Under the pieces are notes generated by a model. It did not search any database and was not told where the DNA came from. It saw only the letters and a program-made list of their open reading frames with translations. Source: an uncultured virus (IMG/VR IMGVR_UViG_3300047561_001544) (taxonomy: Duplodnaviria; Heunggongvirae; Uroviricota; Caudoviricetes). Taken from it: DNA of 64,000 bases. Positions 9,844-20,777 of the stretch are shown here, one piece after another. Made by a program: the position numbers and the translations under genes. The stretch is taken from the IMG/VR virus record IMGVR_UViG_3300047561_001544, one strand, 5' to 3'. The stretch's first letter is position 1; every line of letters begins with the position of its first letter.

Positions 9844-10872
9844 ATGAAAAAAGTTTTAATTACTGGGGTAACAGGGCAAGATGGTAGCTATATGGCTGAA
9901 TATTTACTTAAATTTTCAGAGTATGAAGTTTATGGAATGATTCGTAGATCCTCTACCAATAATTATAAAAATATTGAACATTTAATAAATAAACCTAGAT
10001 TTAAAATTGTTTTAGGCGATCTTTCTGATTCACAATCAATTGAAAATTTAGTAAGAGAAATCCAACCTGATTATTTTATTAATTTAGCTGCACAAAGTTT
10101 TGTTGCAGCTTCATGGGAAATTCCCGAACAAACCTTTGATGTTGATGCTGTAGGTGTTATTCGTTGTTTAGAGTCGATTAGAAAACATGCTCCGAAATGT
10201 CGTTTTTATAATGCTGGGTCTTCAGAAGAACTCGGAAATGTAGATTATAGCCCGCAAGATGAAAAACATCCATTAAAACCAAGGAGTCCATATGGTGCTG
10301 CAAAGGCAGCGTCTAGACATATTGTAAAGGTATATAGAGAAAGTTATAATCTATATGCAATACAGGGGTTATTATATAATCACGAAAGCCCACGTAGAGG
10401 AGAAGAATTTGTCACTAAAAAAATTACAAAAAATATTGCTAGAATTAAAAAGGCAATAGATTATGGTTACGAATTTGAACCATTAGAATTAGGCAATATT
10501 GACGCAAAACGTGATTGGAGTCATGCACAAGATTTTGTAAAGGGTATTTGGTTAATGTTAAATCAAGACGAACCCAATGAATTTATACTTTCATCTGGAG
10601 AGACCCACACTGTGAAAGAATTTATTGAAAAAGCTTTTAATATTGTTGGCATACAGGGTAAATGGATAGGAGAAGGAATTAATGAATGTTTTTATTTAGA
10701 GAATGAACTCATAAAATTAGTATCTATTAATCCAAAATTTTATCGTCCAGCCGAAATAGACTTACTCCTTGGGGATTCGAAGAAAGCGAGAATTAAATTA
10801 AACTGGAAACCAGAAATTTCTTTTGAAGATTTAATCAAAGAAATGGTATATTTTGATTTACAACATGTATAA
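9844..10872 (+). CDS. gmd: GDP-mannose 4,6-dehydratase
   Basis: ITGVTGQDGSY, NLAAQSFV, SPYGAAK, NHESPRRGEEFVT, RDWSHA, YRPAEIDLL. Confidence 0.95.
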   Translation: MKKVLITGVTGQDGSYMAEYLLKFSEYEVYGMIRRSSTNNYKNIEHLINKPRFKIVLGDLSDSQSIENLVREIQPDYFINLAAQSFVAASWEIPEQTFDVDAVGVIRCLESIRKHAPKCRFYNAGSSEELGNVDYSPQDEKHPLKPRSPYGAAKAASRHIVKVYRESYNLYAIQGLLYNHESPRRGEEFVTKKITKNIARIKKAIDYGYEFEPLELGNIDAKRDWSHAQDFVKGIWLMLNQDEPNEFILSSGETHTVKEFIEKAFNIVGIQGKWIGEGINECFYLENELIKLVSINPKFYRPAEIDLLLGDSKKARIKLNWKPEISFEDLIKEMVYFDLQHV

Positions 10873-10874
10873 TA

Positions 10875-11087
10875 TTGAGTATGCATATAGAAGAACTACT
10901 AGATAATTCGCATAAATTTTATAATTGCCAACATAGATCTGAAAATGAGGGTGAATTTACAATTAAAAGATGCTCATGTCAAGGTGGCGATTATCAAATT
11001 AAAGGTTATGAATGTTATAAAAGAAGTATAATAGATGTAACAACTAGTATTTGTAGTGAATGCCAAGAGTATGAACCAAAAAAATAA
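10875..11087 (+). CDS. small Cys-rich hypothetical protein
   Basis: 70-aa ORF with 6 Cys, in operon. Confidence 0.5.
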   Translation: MSMHIEELLDNSHKFYNCQHRSENEGEFTIKRCSCQGGDYQIKGYECYKRSIIDVTTSICSECQEYEPKK

Positions 11088-11424
11088 AATTAATTTTATT
11101 AAAAAATTTCTCAAGGAAGACCTTAAAATTGTTTGGCCTAAAGAAATGAAAATGGTTAAAATGTTATTAGATATTTTTCCAGATGAAGTTTTTTGGAATA
11201 CACTTAATTTAAAGTTTAAACTTAATAGTTTATGTTGGCTATTATCTGATGATGGTAGATCTTTTCTTAATAAAGAATATCAACAATATAAATTAGAGCT
11301 TCCAGAAACGAAAAAGTACAAATTAGAAGAAAATAATATTGCCTTTGATTCAAAAATCTCTTATACTTCAGAAAGTCCTCTGAACTTAAGAGGCTTTTTA
11401 AATTTATGGCAAAAGAAATATTAG
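11071..11424 (+). CDS. hypothetical protein
   Basis: ORF overlapping both neighbours. Confidence 0.6.
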   Translation: MNQKNKINFIKKFLKEDLKIVWPKEMKMVKMLLDIFPDEVFWNTLNLKFKLNSLCWLLSDDGRSFLNKEYQQYKLELPETKKYKLEENNIAFDSKISYTSESPLNLRGFLNLWQKKY

Positions 11425-12497
11425 GCGGAAAAAACATTTTATCATCCCATTTAAAGGATAATAAAGATAGTCATTATAATTTTGAAGATGAGCAAATTTT
11501 TAATGTATCAACCGGATCTCTTCTTTTAGATTCTGAACTCGGTGGCTCGTTAGAAGTACCAGCAATTGTTCGTTTTACGGGGGTAAGCGGTGGCGGTAAA
11601 ACAAGCGCAGCTCTTCTTATAATGAATAATTTTCTTAAAACAATTCCAAACGCAAAAGGCTTATTAATTAAAGCCGAAGGTCGTCTTAATTCTAATGTAA
11701 AAAGAATTTCTGGCGTTGATTTTGTTGATAAACCTGAAGATTGGGATAATGGAAAATGCTTTGTATTACGTTCGAATGTTTATGAAAATATTGCGACCCT
11801 TATTCTCGAATTAATTCAAAATAATCCAGAAAATACTCGTTACTATTTTCTTGTAGATAGTATGGATGCGCTTATTTCTAAAAATGATTTAAGTAAAGGT
11901 TTTGATGATAGTGCAAAGGTTGCTGCTGGAGCAGTATTAACTTCTAATTTCTTGAGGCGCATAATGTTGCCACTTTCTACTTTTGGACATATTTGTGGCC
12001 TTATTTCGCAAGTTCGTTCAAATGTTCAAATTAATCCATATGCGAAAGGTGATCCTAAACTTACTAATAGTTCTGGCGGAAATGCATTACAGCATTATGC
12101 TGATTGGATTTTTGAATTTCAACCTAGATATAAATCAGATCAAATTATAGAAGATGGTAAAATTATTGGTCATTGGTCGAAGATCCTACTTCGAAAAACA
12201 ACTAATGAAAAAGATGGTACTGAAATTACTTATCCAATTCGTCATGGACGTTCTGACGGTAAAAGTGTTTGGCTAGAATATGAAATTGCAGATATGCTAA
12301 TACAGTGGGGATTTGCTAAAAAGAGTGGCGCATGGATTGCTTTTGATGCAGGCTTAATTAAAGATGTTAAAGAAGATACGGAAGAAATTATACCAGAAAA
12401 AATTCAAGGCATGGATCAATTAAGAACATTTTTAGAAGAAAATTCTAAAATTTGTAATTACTTATTTAATAAATTTAAAATAGCGTTTGCTAAATGA
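11406..12497 (+). CDS. recA: RecA-family recombinase
   Basis: STGSLLLDSELGG, Walker A GVSGGGKT, VDSMDAL, ISQVR, SGGNALQHYA, KSGAW. Confidence 0.9.
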   Translation: MAKEILGGKNILSSHLKDNKDSHYNFEDEQIFNVSTGSLLLDSELGGSLEVPAIVRFTGVSGGGKTSAALLIMNNFLKTIPNAKGLLIKAEGRLNSNVKRISGVDFVDKPEDWDNGKCFVLRSNVYENIATLILELIQNNPENTRYYFLVDSMDALISKNDLSKGFDDSAKVAAGAVLTSNFLRRIMLPLSTFGHICGLISQVRSNVQINPYAKGDPKLTNSSGGNALQHYADWIFEFQPRYKSDQIIEDGKIIGHWSKILLRKTTNEKDGTEITYPIRHGRSDGKSVWLEYEIADMLIQWGFAKKSGAWIAFDAGLIKDVKEDTEEIIPEKIQGMDQLRTFLEENSKICNYLFNKFKIAFAK

Positions 12498-13270
12498 GAA
12501 CTATCGAATATTTAATATTAGATTACAATAGAGAAAAAGAAGCCGAAACTCTTTTAGAAAGTATAAGAAAATATTCAAATTTTAATTATACAATTTCTTA
12601 TTTAGATAATGGATCAAATAAAAAATATTCTACAAAATTAGCGGAAAAGTATAATATAGATAATTTAATTATCAATAATAGAAATTCTGGATGTGGAGCG
12701 GGAACAATACAACTTTTTGCACAAAGTACAGCGGAATATTGTTTTTATATTCAAGTTGATCATGAATTAGTATTCGAAATTAATCAAGAGATGATTGATT
12801 TAATGATTAATAAAATTGAAAATGAAAAGTTTACATATATTGATTTAGCTGGAAATCAAGGCCATGGAAAATATTCAGAAAGAGCTCAATTTATAAATAC
12901 TAATTTTTATAATAAAATTCCAAAAGGTATTGGAGGTCCAGGCCCATGGAGCCATGTATTATGGACGGAAGAGAGTATTCAAAATTATATTAAAGATAAT
13001 AATTTAGAATTTTTATCTATATATGGTCAACATAATATACCACCATTTATAGATAGGGGGAAATATGGTTTAAGAAGTAATCCCGATGGGTCTATATGGA
13101 AACATCGTACAGATGATAAACGTGTATGGTTAATACAAGGTCCAGTAAAAGAAAAATATGAATATCCACCTTTCTCAGATGAACAATGGCAAGAAATTTT
13201 TTCCACTCAAATTTGTGAAGAAATTATCCCACATGGTTGGAAAAATAATATTTTTAAATGTTGGGATTAA
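12494..13270 (+). CDS. GT2-like glycosyltransferase
   Basis: ILDYNRE...YLDNGS...NSGCGAG. Confidence 0.7.
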   Translation: MRTIEYLILDYNREKEAETLLESIRKYSNFNYTISYLDNGSNKKYSTKLAEKYNIDNLIINNRNSGCGAGTIQLFAQSTAEYCFYIQVDHELVFEINQEMIDLMINKIENEKFTYIDLAGNQGHGKYSERAQFINTNFYNKIPKGIGGPGPWSHVLWTEESIQNYIKDNNLEFLSIYGQHNIPPFIDRGKYGLRSNPDGSIWKHRTDDKRVWLIQGPVKEKYEYPPFSDEQWQEIFSTQICEEIIPHGWKNNIFKCWD

Positions 13271-13285
13271 TAAATATAATATATT

Positions 13286-13966
13286 ATGATAACAGATGTA
13301 GAACATATTCAAAAAGCAATTGAAAAATCAAAAAATAATCAATCTAATTTACCACCAGCAATATTACAAATGGTGGGAATGTCAACAAATAAAACTCGAC
13401 ATTTATTTAATAATTTAGCAAATACAGAATCTAAAATTAATTATTTAGAAATAGGAACCTATAGAGGCGCTACGGCATCTTCGGTACTATATAATAATTT
13501 AGTAAATGCTATTATTATAGATGATTTTAGCCAATTTCAAGATTTAAATCTTCAAAACGCCAAATCGCCAGTGCCAGAAGATTTTTCTAGGAATGTGGCC
13601 CTTACACTAAATTTTAGTAATACAAACCCAACCGCTAAGTTTTATAACAAAGATTGTTTTTCTATAGATAAAAAAGAGATCTTTAATGAAAAAATAGATT
13701 TTTATTTTTATGATGGAGAACATTCTTACGAATCTCAATATAAAGCTTATGAATACTATAATGATATTTTAGAAAATAAATTTTTAACAGTTATAGATGA
13801 TTTTAATGATGAAGTGAATGTCAAAGGTGCGACACTAGACGCATTTAAAAAATTAAACTATGAAATTTTATTTCATGAAGAACTTCCAGCGGGCAAAAAT
13901 TCTAATTCTTTTGATGAAGAAGCTTATTGGAATGGATTAGGAATATTTTTAATACAAAAAAAATAA
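13286..13966 (+). CDS. class I SAM-dependent methyltransferase (Methyltransf_24-like)
   Basis: YLEIGTYRGA, FYDGEHSY, VIDDFN, WNGLG. Confidence 0.85.
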   Translation: MITDVEHIQKAIEKSKNNQSNLPPAILQMVGMSTNKTRHLFNNLANTESKINYLEIGTYRGATASSVLYNNLVNAIIIDDFSQFQDLNLQNAKSPVPEDFSRNVALTLNFSNTNPTAKFYNKDCFSIDKKEIFNEKIDFYFYDGEHSYESQYKAYEYYNDILENKFLTVIDDFNDEVNVKGATLDAFKKLNYEILFHEELPAGKNSNSFDEEAYWNGLGIFLIQKK

Positions 13967-13967
13967 A

Positions 13968-14837
13968 ATGAATAAAATTACGTTATGTGGAATGTCTGGA
14001 TATACAGACGAAGATTTTCAAAATTTGATTGAAATAATCGAACCAATTAAAGATAGAATCAATAAAATTGTTTGGACAATAAACTATTCAAATCTAAAAG
14101 ATATATATAATTTAGATTTAAATATTCTATTTAATCAACTTAAAAATAGTTATAATATATATTTTATTTTTAACCAGTGGATGTTTAGAAATGATTATGC
14201 TAGAAATTCCTATTTATTTAGTGGTCACATCGAACACGGCGAAATTTGTATTAATTTAGATACACTTGAAAGACTCAAACCTAAATTTTTTGAAAATTTT
14301 GATGGACTAGTACAAACAATGATTAAACATGAATTTGATGGATTTGTTTTATATAATAAAAGATTTATTTTTATTTATAATGACTATTTAGAATATAAAG
14401 GCAATCCGCACGAAGGAATTCATAATTTACAAAAAATTGGTGAAATAACCCAGATCGAACAATATAAAAATATAGATGATTATTTTGAGAATATAAGACC
14501 ACAAAAAAGAGATAAATATCATTTTGTTGATGCTTATGTTAAATATTATTATTCATATCCAAACTCTAACCATTGTTTACTTGGATGTGAGAATAATCAA
14601 GAACTCTTTCAAAAAAGAGAGTCTCTTCGAAGATATTTTAGATTATATTGTAGTAAAAATTTAAATTTAGATTTTAAAGTAGACTCTTTAAAAGACTACA
14701 TCTTAAACAATGAATTAGATGAATTTATGAAACAAGCTTTTAATCAAGAACGAATTTTAAATGATTTTTATAGATATCATAAATTAAATGATAGATTATT
14801 TGAAGATAGGGCGACTTGGGATTTAATTAATATATGA
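13968..14837 (+). CDS. GT-A-like glycosyltransferase (putative)
   Basis: NDYARN, LDTLERL (DxDE-like), PHEGI; within glycosylation cluster. Confidence 0.55.
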   Translation: MNKITLCGMSGYTDEDFQNLIEIIEPIKDRINKIVWTINYSNLKDIYNLDLNILFNQLKNSYNIYFIFNQWMFRNDYARNSYLFSGHIEHGEICINLDTLERLKPKFFENFDGLVQTMIKHEFDGFVLYNKRFIFIYNDYLEYKGNPHEGIHNLQKIGEITQIEQYKNIDDYFENIRPQKRDKYHFVDAYVKYYYSYPNSNHCLLGCENNQELFQKRESLRRYFRLYCSKNLNLDFKVDSLKDYILNNELDEFMKQAFNQERILNDFYRYHKLNDRLFEDRATWDLINI

Positions 14838-15562
14838 TTAATCTAGTTTTATTTACTAGCACAAAAGGGCATTTTGGTAATAAACAAATTTACCAAAGAA
14901 CTATAGAAGACCTATTTTCAAAAATAGATCCTAATTTTTTCTTTAAATTCGCACATATTAAAGTTTCCCCAAATGAAGAAAAGATTGCAGAAGAAATGCA
15001 AACATTTTTATCGTCTTTAAATTTTTTAGTCGATAAAACAATCGGTAATTGGAGCCATAGCGATCATCAAAGTCATGCTATAGGTTATACACAAGATATT
15101 ATTAAATCATTTAGTAATGACCAATTACACAAACAGCAATTCTCTTTATGGTTAGAAGATGACTGGCTTTTTAATATTAAAAAAAATAATTTAGAATATT
15201 ATATTAACTATGCCGTAGAACAATTAAAAATTAATAAAGATTTATTATGTTTTAGATTTAATCATGAAATACACGAAGTTGATGAAAATAATAATATAAA
15301 TAAAGATATTTATTATCTACAAACTGATAAATCTACACCATATGGATCAACATTTACATTTCAACCAAATATTACTAGAACAAGAGACGTTTGGTTAGCT
15401 TATAAATTTATTAGTAAATATTGGGATAATATTAAAAACATGCATATTGAATTACAGTCGGGATGGGGGTTAAAACATTTAACCTCAAATCCAAATCATT
15501 TTGCTTTTTTTAATCCACAATATATTGATTGTATCCATATAGGTTGTAATCCAAATCAATAA
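14834..15562 (+). CDS. GT-A-like glycosyltransferase (putative)
   Basis: LWLEDDWLF, FTFQP, HIG terminus. Confidence 0.65.
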   Translation: MINLVLFTSTKGHFGNKQIYQRTIEDLFSKIDPNFFFKFAHIKVSPNEEKIAEEMQTFLSSLNFLVDKTIGNWSHSDHQSHAIGYTQDIIKSFSNDQLHKQQFSLWLEDDWLFNIKKNNLEYYINYAVEQLKINKDLLCFRFNHEIHEVDENNNINKDIYYLQTDKSTPYGSTFTFQPNITRTRDVWLAYKFISKYWDNIKNMHIELQSGWGLKHLTSNPNHFAFFNPQYIDCIHIGCNPNQ

Positions 15563-15567
15563 TAGAT

Positions 15568-16404
15568 ATGAAAATTCAAGGAATCGGACTACCATTTAAT
15601 GAAAACCATTCTTCTTGTGGCACTTTAAAACCTAAAACTTTTCAATGGTCAAGCCAAGAACAGGAAATAAAAGTTTTTATAGATCAACAGATTATAAACG
15701 GTTTAGATGGAGTTCGAAATAAATTTGGATGGATTTGCGAATCAAAATCTATTTTATGGTGGGTATCAAATAATATCAAAGAGGATTATTTAAAATATAA
15801 AGAATCTTATATTAAAATATTCACTTGTGATCAAGAACTTATAAATTTAGATAGTAATTTATTTGAATTTTGTTATGCTGGGAGTAATCTACCATGGACT
15901 CCTATTGACAATTATGGAATACATACTAAATATAAAAATATTTCGTTTTTATGTTCAAATTTAAATTACACAGAGGGGCATAAATATCGTATTTATTGGG
16001 CTAATAAATTAAAAGATAATGTAGACTTATATGGATCAATTATTAATAAAACTATAGGACATAATTATCACGAATCTTATCATCATAAACCTAAAACCGA
16101 CGCTTTACAAGAGTATCGTTTTTCTTTTATTTTTGAAAATGGTAAATATAACTCTTATTTTACTGAAAAAATTACAGATTGTTTTGCAAATGGTGTTATT
16201 CCAATATATTATGGTACAGATTCAATTAATAATTTTTTTGATATAAATGGTATAATAATTTTTAATGAAAATTTAAATTTAAATGAGTTTAATGAAGAAT
16301 TATATTTTTCTAAAATAGAGGGTATTAAAAATAATTTCGAAATAGTTAAAAATTTAAAGATGAGTGACGAAATGTTATTTGAAAAAATCTTAAAATATAT
16401 ATAG
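15568..16404 (+). CDS. GT10-like (fucosyltransferase-like) glycosyltransferase
   Basis: YRFSFIFEN...YFTEKITDCFANGVIPIYYG. Confidence 0.85.
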   Translation: MKIQGIGLPFNENHSSCGTLKPKTFQWSSQEQEIKVFIDQQIINGLDGVRNKFGWICESKSILWWVSNNIKEDYLKYKESYIKIFTCDQELINLDSNLFEFCYAGSNLPWTPIDNYGIHTKYKNISFLCSNLNYTEGHKYRIYWANKLKDNVDLYGSIINKTIGHNYHESYHHKPKTDALQEYRFSFIFENGKYNSYFTEKITDCFANGVIPIYYGTDSINNFFDINGIIIFNENLNLNEFNEELYFSKIEGIKNNFEIVKNLKMSDEMLFEKILKYI

Positions 16405-16413
16405 TATTTTAAA

Positions 16414-17217
16414 ATGAAAATTAGCATTTACTCAACAGCTTTTAATATCATTAAAAATGAGTTTAATTACGAAGACGCTATTAAAAATTATTTATATTAT
16501 GCCGATGAATTATGTTTAGCCGTTAATAAAAGCGAAGACGATTCTTTACAGGAAATTATAAATTATGTCGATAAAAATAATTTAAAAAATGTTAAAATTA
16601 TTCCAACTGATTTTAAGTATGACGATCCTTTTTGTTATGGAAAAATTGTTAATGCAGCTTTACAAGCATGTACCGGAGATATTTGTATTCTTCAAGATCT
16701 TGATGAGCGACTTGGTGGGAATAAAGATTATTTAATTAATCTTTGTCAAAATTTTTTAAAGCTCGAAAATATTCAAGCTTTATTTGTACCAGTCATTAAC
16801 TTATATCAAGATATAAATCATTATAAAGACATTTCTTTCAAATGGTATATACATAAAAAAGGACTATATAGAGGTCCAGTTAACTTTGGAATAAAAGAGA
16901 ACGGGCTTCCAGATTATAATAAAACGAGTACAGATGAACTAATAGATAAAAATGGAAATTTAGTTCCCACTATCAATATAGTTCAGTCGCTTAATTTTAA
17001 AGAATCTATTGATTATATAGAACTAAATTATCCATTTATTTATCATTTAGGCTATACAGATTTTCACAAAAGAGTTAAAAGAAATAATTTTTGGAAACCA
17101 TTCTGGGAAAAAGCTACGGGTGGAGATTCAAATACTCATGTATTAAATGTAAATGATTTATACCAGAATAATTTATTAGAGTTAAAAATTCCAAAATGGA
17201 GTATCATAAATATATGA
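16414..17217 (+). CDS. GT2-like glycosyltransferase
   Basis: SEDDS, NAALQACTGD..ILQDLDE, YHLGY. Confidence 0.8.
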   Translation: MKISIYSTAFNIIKNEFNYEDAIKNYLYYADELCLAVNKSEDDSLQEIINYVDKNNLKNVKIIPTDFKYDDPFCYGKIVNAALQACTGDICILQDLDERLGGNKDYLINLCQNFLKLENIQALFVPVINLYQDINHYKDISFKWYIHKKGLYRGPVNFGIKENGLPDYNKTSTDELIDKNGNLVPTINIVQSLNFKESIDYIELNYPFIYHLGYTDFHKRVKRNNFWKPFWEKATGGDSNTHVLNVNDLYQNNLLELKIPKWSIINI

Positions 17218-17975
17218 AATATGGGATCTTATGTAATTTTTATGGATTCCCTAATTATTTAGATAAAGTTTTATCTTCATGGTCGGATATAAATAAGAAT
17301 TTTATTTTTGCGGCAGCTTGTTGTAAATTTAATGAATATATTGATATTAATTATCATTTAGAAGATACAGAAACAATAAAAAAGTTAAATTTAAATTATA
17401 AAAATATATTTTCATATATTTATAGTGAATCAATTTCTAACGACTCTATTGTAAGAAATTATCCATTACAATATTTATTAAGTCAAAATGTAGACTATAT
17501 TTGGATTTTAGATGGTGATGAATTTTATACTGAAGAACAGATTATTAAAATAACTAATTTTGTTGAACAGGAGCCATTTATTCCATTTTTTAAAATAAAT
17601 TTTAAAAATTTTTTTAACGATGAATTTCATTGGGTAGATGGTTTTTGTCCACCAAGAATATTTAAAACAAAATTAAATAATTTATCTTTAGATTCATTTT
17701 ATTATGAAAATGATATATATTATATAGATAGAGACAATAATAAAGTAGATTATAAACAATTATCAAATCTTTCTATTCCAAAGGCTATAGCACATATTGA
17801 TCATTATTCATGGTGTGGAGAAAAAATTTATTTACAAAATAAAATTAAATATCAAAATCATAGATATAAAGGAATTTGCTCGTATAAATGGAATGAAGAA
17901 AAAGATTGTTTAGATTTTAACGATAAATATTATAAAATGATTAATCAACCAAATCCTACAATTTATACAATATGA
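17214..17975 (+). CDS. GT2-like glycosyltransferase
   Basis: RN...DYIWILDGDEFY, HYSW. Confidence 0.8.
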   Translation: MKYGILCNFYGFPNYLDKVLSSWSDINKNFIFAAACCKFNEYIDINYHLEDTETIKKLNLNYKNIFSYIYSESISNDSIVRNYPLQYLLSQNVDYIWILDGDEFYTEEQIIKITNFVEQEPFIPFFKINFKNFFNDEFHWVDGFCPPRIFKTKLNNLSLDSFYYENDIYYIDRDNNKVDYKQLSNLSIPKAIAHIDHYSWCGEKIYLQNKIKYQNHRYKGICSYKWNEEKDCLDFNDKYYKMINQPNPTIYTI

Positions 17976-18739
17976 TTTATTATAACACTTCAGAACCAAA
18001 TAAATATAATTATCTAAAAAAAGAAATTTTTCCATATAAAACATGTTATACTAAAAAAAGATATGGTGGAAAACATGATGGTAGTTATGTGTTTTTAGAA
18101 GAGCTGATTAATGATACAAATTTTATATACTCTTATGGAATAAATACTGGCATGGATGCAATTAAATTTGATTTGGAAATGGCGGAAAATGGAAAAATTG
18201 TTTTTATGTACGATGGATCGATTGAACAGCCGTCTTATATACATAAAAATTTTAGATTTACTAAGGAGTTTGTTACTACAAACAATTTATATAAGCATCT
18301 AGAACAAAATCTTCATCTTAATGAAACACGTATGGCATTAAAGATTGATATTGATGGAAATGAATATGAGTTATTCAATAATAATATTGAATTCATTTCA
18401 AAGCATTTTAATCAAATATCATTAGAATTGCATTCTTTGATAGAAGAGTATCCACAAGAATGGAAGGTCGATGATTTAAACTTATCGATCATGAAAAATA
18501 AAGAAATTAAAAAACTTTTTTTTAAAAATATCAATAAATATTATAATATTATCCATATACATGCTAATAATCATGGCCCTAGATATATAGACTTTCCAGG
18601 CGCATTAGAAATTCTATTTTTAAGAAAAGACTATGAAATTTTAGATATTGATAATCAAAGATATCCAATAGAAAATTTAGATTATCAAAATTATCTGGGT
18701 AGAGAAGACTATGTATTAGATTGGTGGGTATATAATTAA
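17972..18739 (+). CDS. FkbM/Methyltransf_22-like methyltransferase
   Basis: GGKHDGSY, YSYGI, LKIDIDGNEY, QISLELH, HIHANN. Confidence 0.8.
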   Translation: MIYYNTSEPNKYNYLKKEIFPYKTCYTKKRYGGKHDGSYVFLEELINDTNFIYSYGINTGMDAIKFDLEMAENGKIVFMYDGSIEQPSYIHKNFRFTKEFVTTNNLYKHLEQNLHLNETRMALKIDIDGNEYELFNNNIEFISKHFNQISLELHSLIEEYPQEWKVDDLNLSIMKNKEIKKLFFKNINKYYNIIHIHANNHGPRYIDFPGALEILFLRKDYEILDIDNQRYPIENLDYQNYLGREDYVLDWWVYN

Positions 18740-18743
18740 AAAA

Positions 18744-19388
18744 ATGAAAGAAATTAATTTTATAATTACTTGTTTTGATAAAGAGGCCTATTGGCCATAT
18801 CTGAAAGAAATTATTAACTCTTATAAAAATATTAAATCAAATATTATTCTTTGTTATAATGGCGCTAATCAAAATTTTAAAAAAGAAGCAAATATTTTTA
18901 TAGAAAATACTGGCCATCAGCACGGGGAGGCCTCATTAATATTAAAAGGGTTTGAATATGCACAACAAAATTTTAAAAGTCCACTTTTTATCAAATTATC
19001 TATTGATAGTTGGCTATTAAATGAAAATATTATTTTGGATATTTTTAAGTATATGGACACAAATCATATTTGTTATGCTGGAAATTATTGGAATACCTTA
19101 CAGCAATTATCTGTTGATATATTTTTTATTAATAAAAATAATGGTAATTTCTTAGAAAGCTTTAAAGAACAGGCGCATAATATTGAAAATTTAAAAAATG
19201 GGTCGAGTGCTTTAGAAAATATTTTATTTGATTCTATTAGCTCTAAGCAATATAAATTTACTATTATTAAAGATAGGGATCCAATTCATCCAAATAATAG
19301 ATTCTGTTGTCCTCAACTAGGATGGACAATGAGCCACGAATTACAAGAAAACCTTAATTTTATGAAATTTTATGAAAACATTAATTGA
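18744..19388 (+). CDS. hypothetical protein, glycosyltransferase-like
   Basis: ENTGHQHG, IKLSIDSW; cluster context. Confidence 0.5.
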   Translation: MKEINFIITCFDKEAYWPYLKEIINSYKNIKSNIILCYNGANQNFKKEANIFIENTGHQHGEASLILKGFEYAQQNFKSPLFIKLSIDSWLLNENIILDIFKYMDTNHICYAGNYWNTLQQLSVDIFFINKNNGNFLESFKEQAHNIENLKNGSSALENILFDSISSKQYKFTIIKDRDPIHPNNRFCCPQLGWTMSHELQENLNFMKFYENIN

Positions 19389-19941
19389 TATTTTAAAAGA
19401 AACTCCAAATTTAGACGGCTGGCAAGATATTCCCGGTACTGATAAAAATACAAGACATAATTATATAGATGGTTTTTATGAGAATGAATTTAAAAGATAC
19501 CAAAATAAAGAAAATCTTTCAATTTTAGAAATCGGAATAGCGAATGGTGCATCTTTATATTTATGGGCAAAATATTTTAATAATCCTAAAATAATGGGAT
19601 TTGATATACAAAATATTGTTGTAGACGATTGGAAACTCGACTGTATTAAATATATTTTTGAAGATGCGTATCGTGAAGATTTCGCTCAAAAGGTTGAATC
19701 ATATGATATTATTATTGATGATGGTCCACATACTCTAGAATCTCAATTATTCTCACTAAAACATTATTTACCAAAAGTCAATAAAGGTGGTATTTTTATT
19801 ATTGAAGATGTTGCTGGTCATGACGCTTTAAATGAATTATATGAAAATACCCCAGATCATTTAAAATCAAACTCTCGAATTGTAGATCTAACAGCCTCTC
19901 TTAATGTATATGATAATATGTTATACATAATTAGATTATGA
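19372..19941 (+). CDS. class I SAM-dependent (sugar O-) methyltransferase
   Basis: TDK...HNY, ILEIGIANGASL, DIIIDDGPH, GGIFIIED. Confidence 0.85.
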   Translation: MKTLIDILKETPNLDGWQDIPGTDKNTRHNYIDGFYENEFKRYQNKENLSILEIGIANGASLYLWAKYFNNPKIMGFDIQNIVVDDWKLDCIKYIFEDAYREDFAQKVESYDIIIDDGPHTLESQLFSLKHYLPKVNKGGIFIIEDVAGHDALNELYENTPDHLKSNSRIVDLTASLNVYDNMLYIIRL

Positions 19942-20000
19942 CGTATTTTTAAAATTAAAAAAATATAACTTTAATATATTAATAATTTTTTAATTTATTG

Positions 20001-20006
20001 GTGTAA
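20001..20006 (+). promoter_or_regulatory. GTGTAA motif (putative phage-specific promoter)
   Basis: Recurrent motif 8-12 nt upstream of ATGs; here 12 nt before 20019. Confidence 0.5.
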
Positions 20007-20018
20007 TTATTCTGAATA

Positions 20019-20777
20019 ATGCACATTCCGATATTTAAGAATTTTTATAACTATTTTAAGCGTAAACTTACCAGGCAAGATCAAAAATTAAATGTTTTAA
20101 TTCCAATGGCTGGTGATGGTAAAAGATTTTCTGATGCTGGGTATAATAAACCAAAACCATTTATACAGATTAATGGTAAAAGAATGGTAGAAATAGTTTT
20201 AGAAAATATCGTTCCTAAAAATGTTAATAAAATTATTTTAATTACTAGAAGGAATCATAATACAAGAGAAGAGCTAAAAAATTCTAATTATAATCTTCAA
20301 ATTATTGAATTAGAAAAATTAACGGGGGGATCTATACAAACAATTCTTTATGCAGAAGAGGAAATTCAAAATCATAGTCTAATAGTTGCGAACTGTGACC
20401 AAAAAATAAATTTTGATGTGAATGATTTTATTACTAAATGCAAACATTTAGATGGAGGTATAGTTACTTTTAAATCAAAGAGTCCAAATCATTCTTATGT
20501 AAAAGTTAATAAAAATAACATTGCTCTAACGATTATAGAAAAAGAAGTAATTTCTGATTTAGCTGTAAGTGGGGTCTATTATTTTAAGAAAGCAAGTCAA
20601 TTTATAGAGGCTAGTAAAATAGTTATAAAAAATAATATTACGCAAAAAGGAGAGTTTTACATTTCTTCGGCTTTAAAAATTATGATAGAAAAAGGTTTAA
20701 AGTTAGGGGTTTATAACACTGAATCTATTATTCTAGGAACTCCCGAAGAATTACAAAAAAATATTCATTTATTATGA
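20019..20777 (+). CDS. sugar-phosphate nucleotidyltransferase family protein
   Basis: IPMAGDGKRF...PKPFI, VANCDQ, GEFYIS, LGTPEEL. Confidence 0.88.
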   Translation: MHIPIFKNFYNYFKRKLTRQDQKLNVLIPMAGDGKRFSDAGYNKPKPFIQINGKRMVEIVLENIVPKNVNKIILITRRNHNTREELKNSNYNLQIIELEKLTGGSIQTILYAEEEIQNHSLIVANCDQKINFDVNDFITKCKHLDGGIVTFKSKSPNHSYVKVNKNNIALTIIEKEVISDLAVSGVYYFKKASQFIEASKIVIKNNITQKGEFYISSALKIMIEKGLKLGVYNTESIILGTPEELQKNIHLL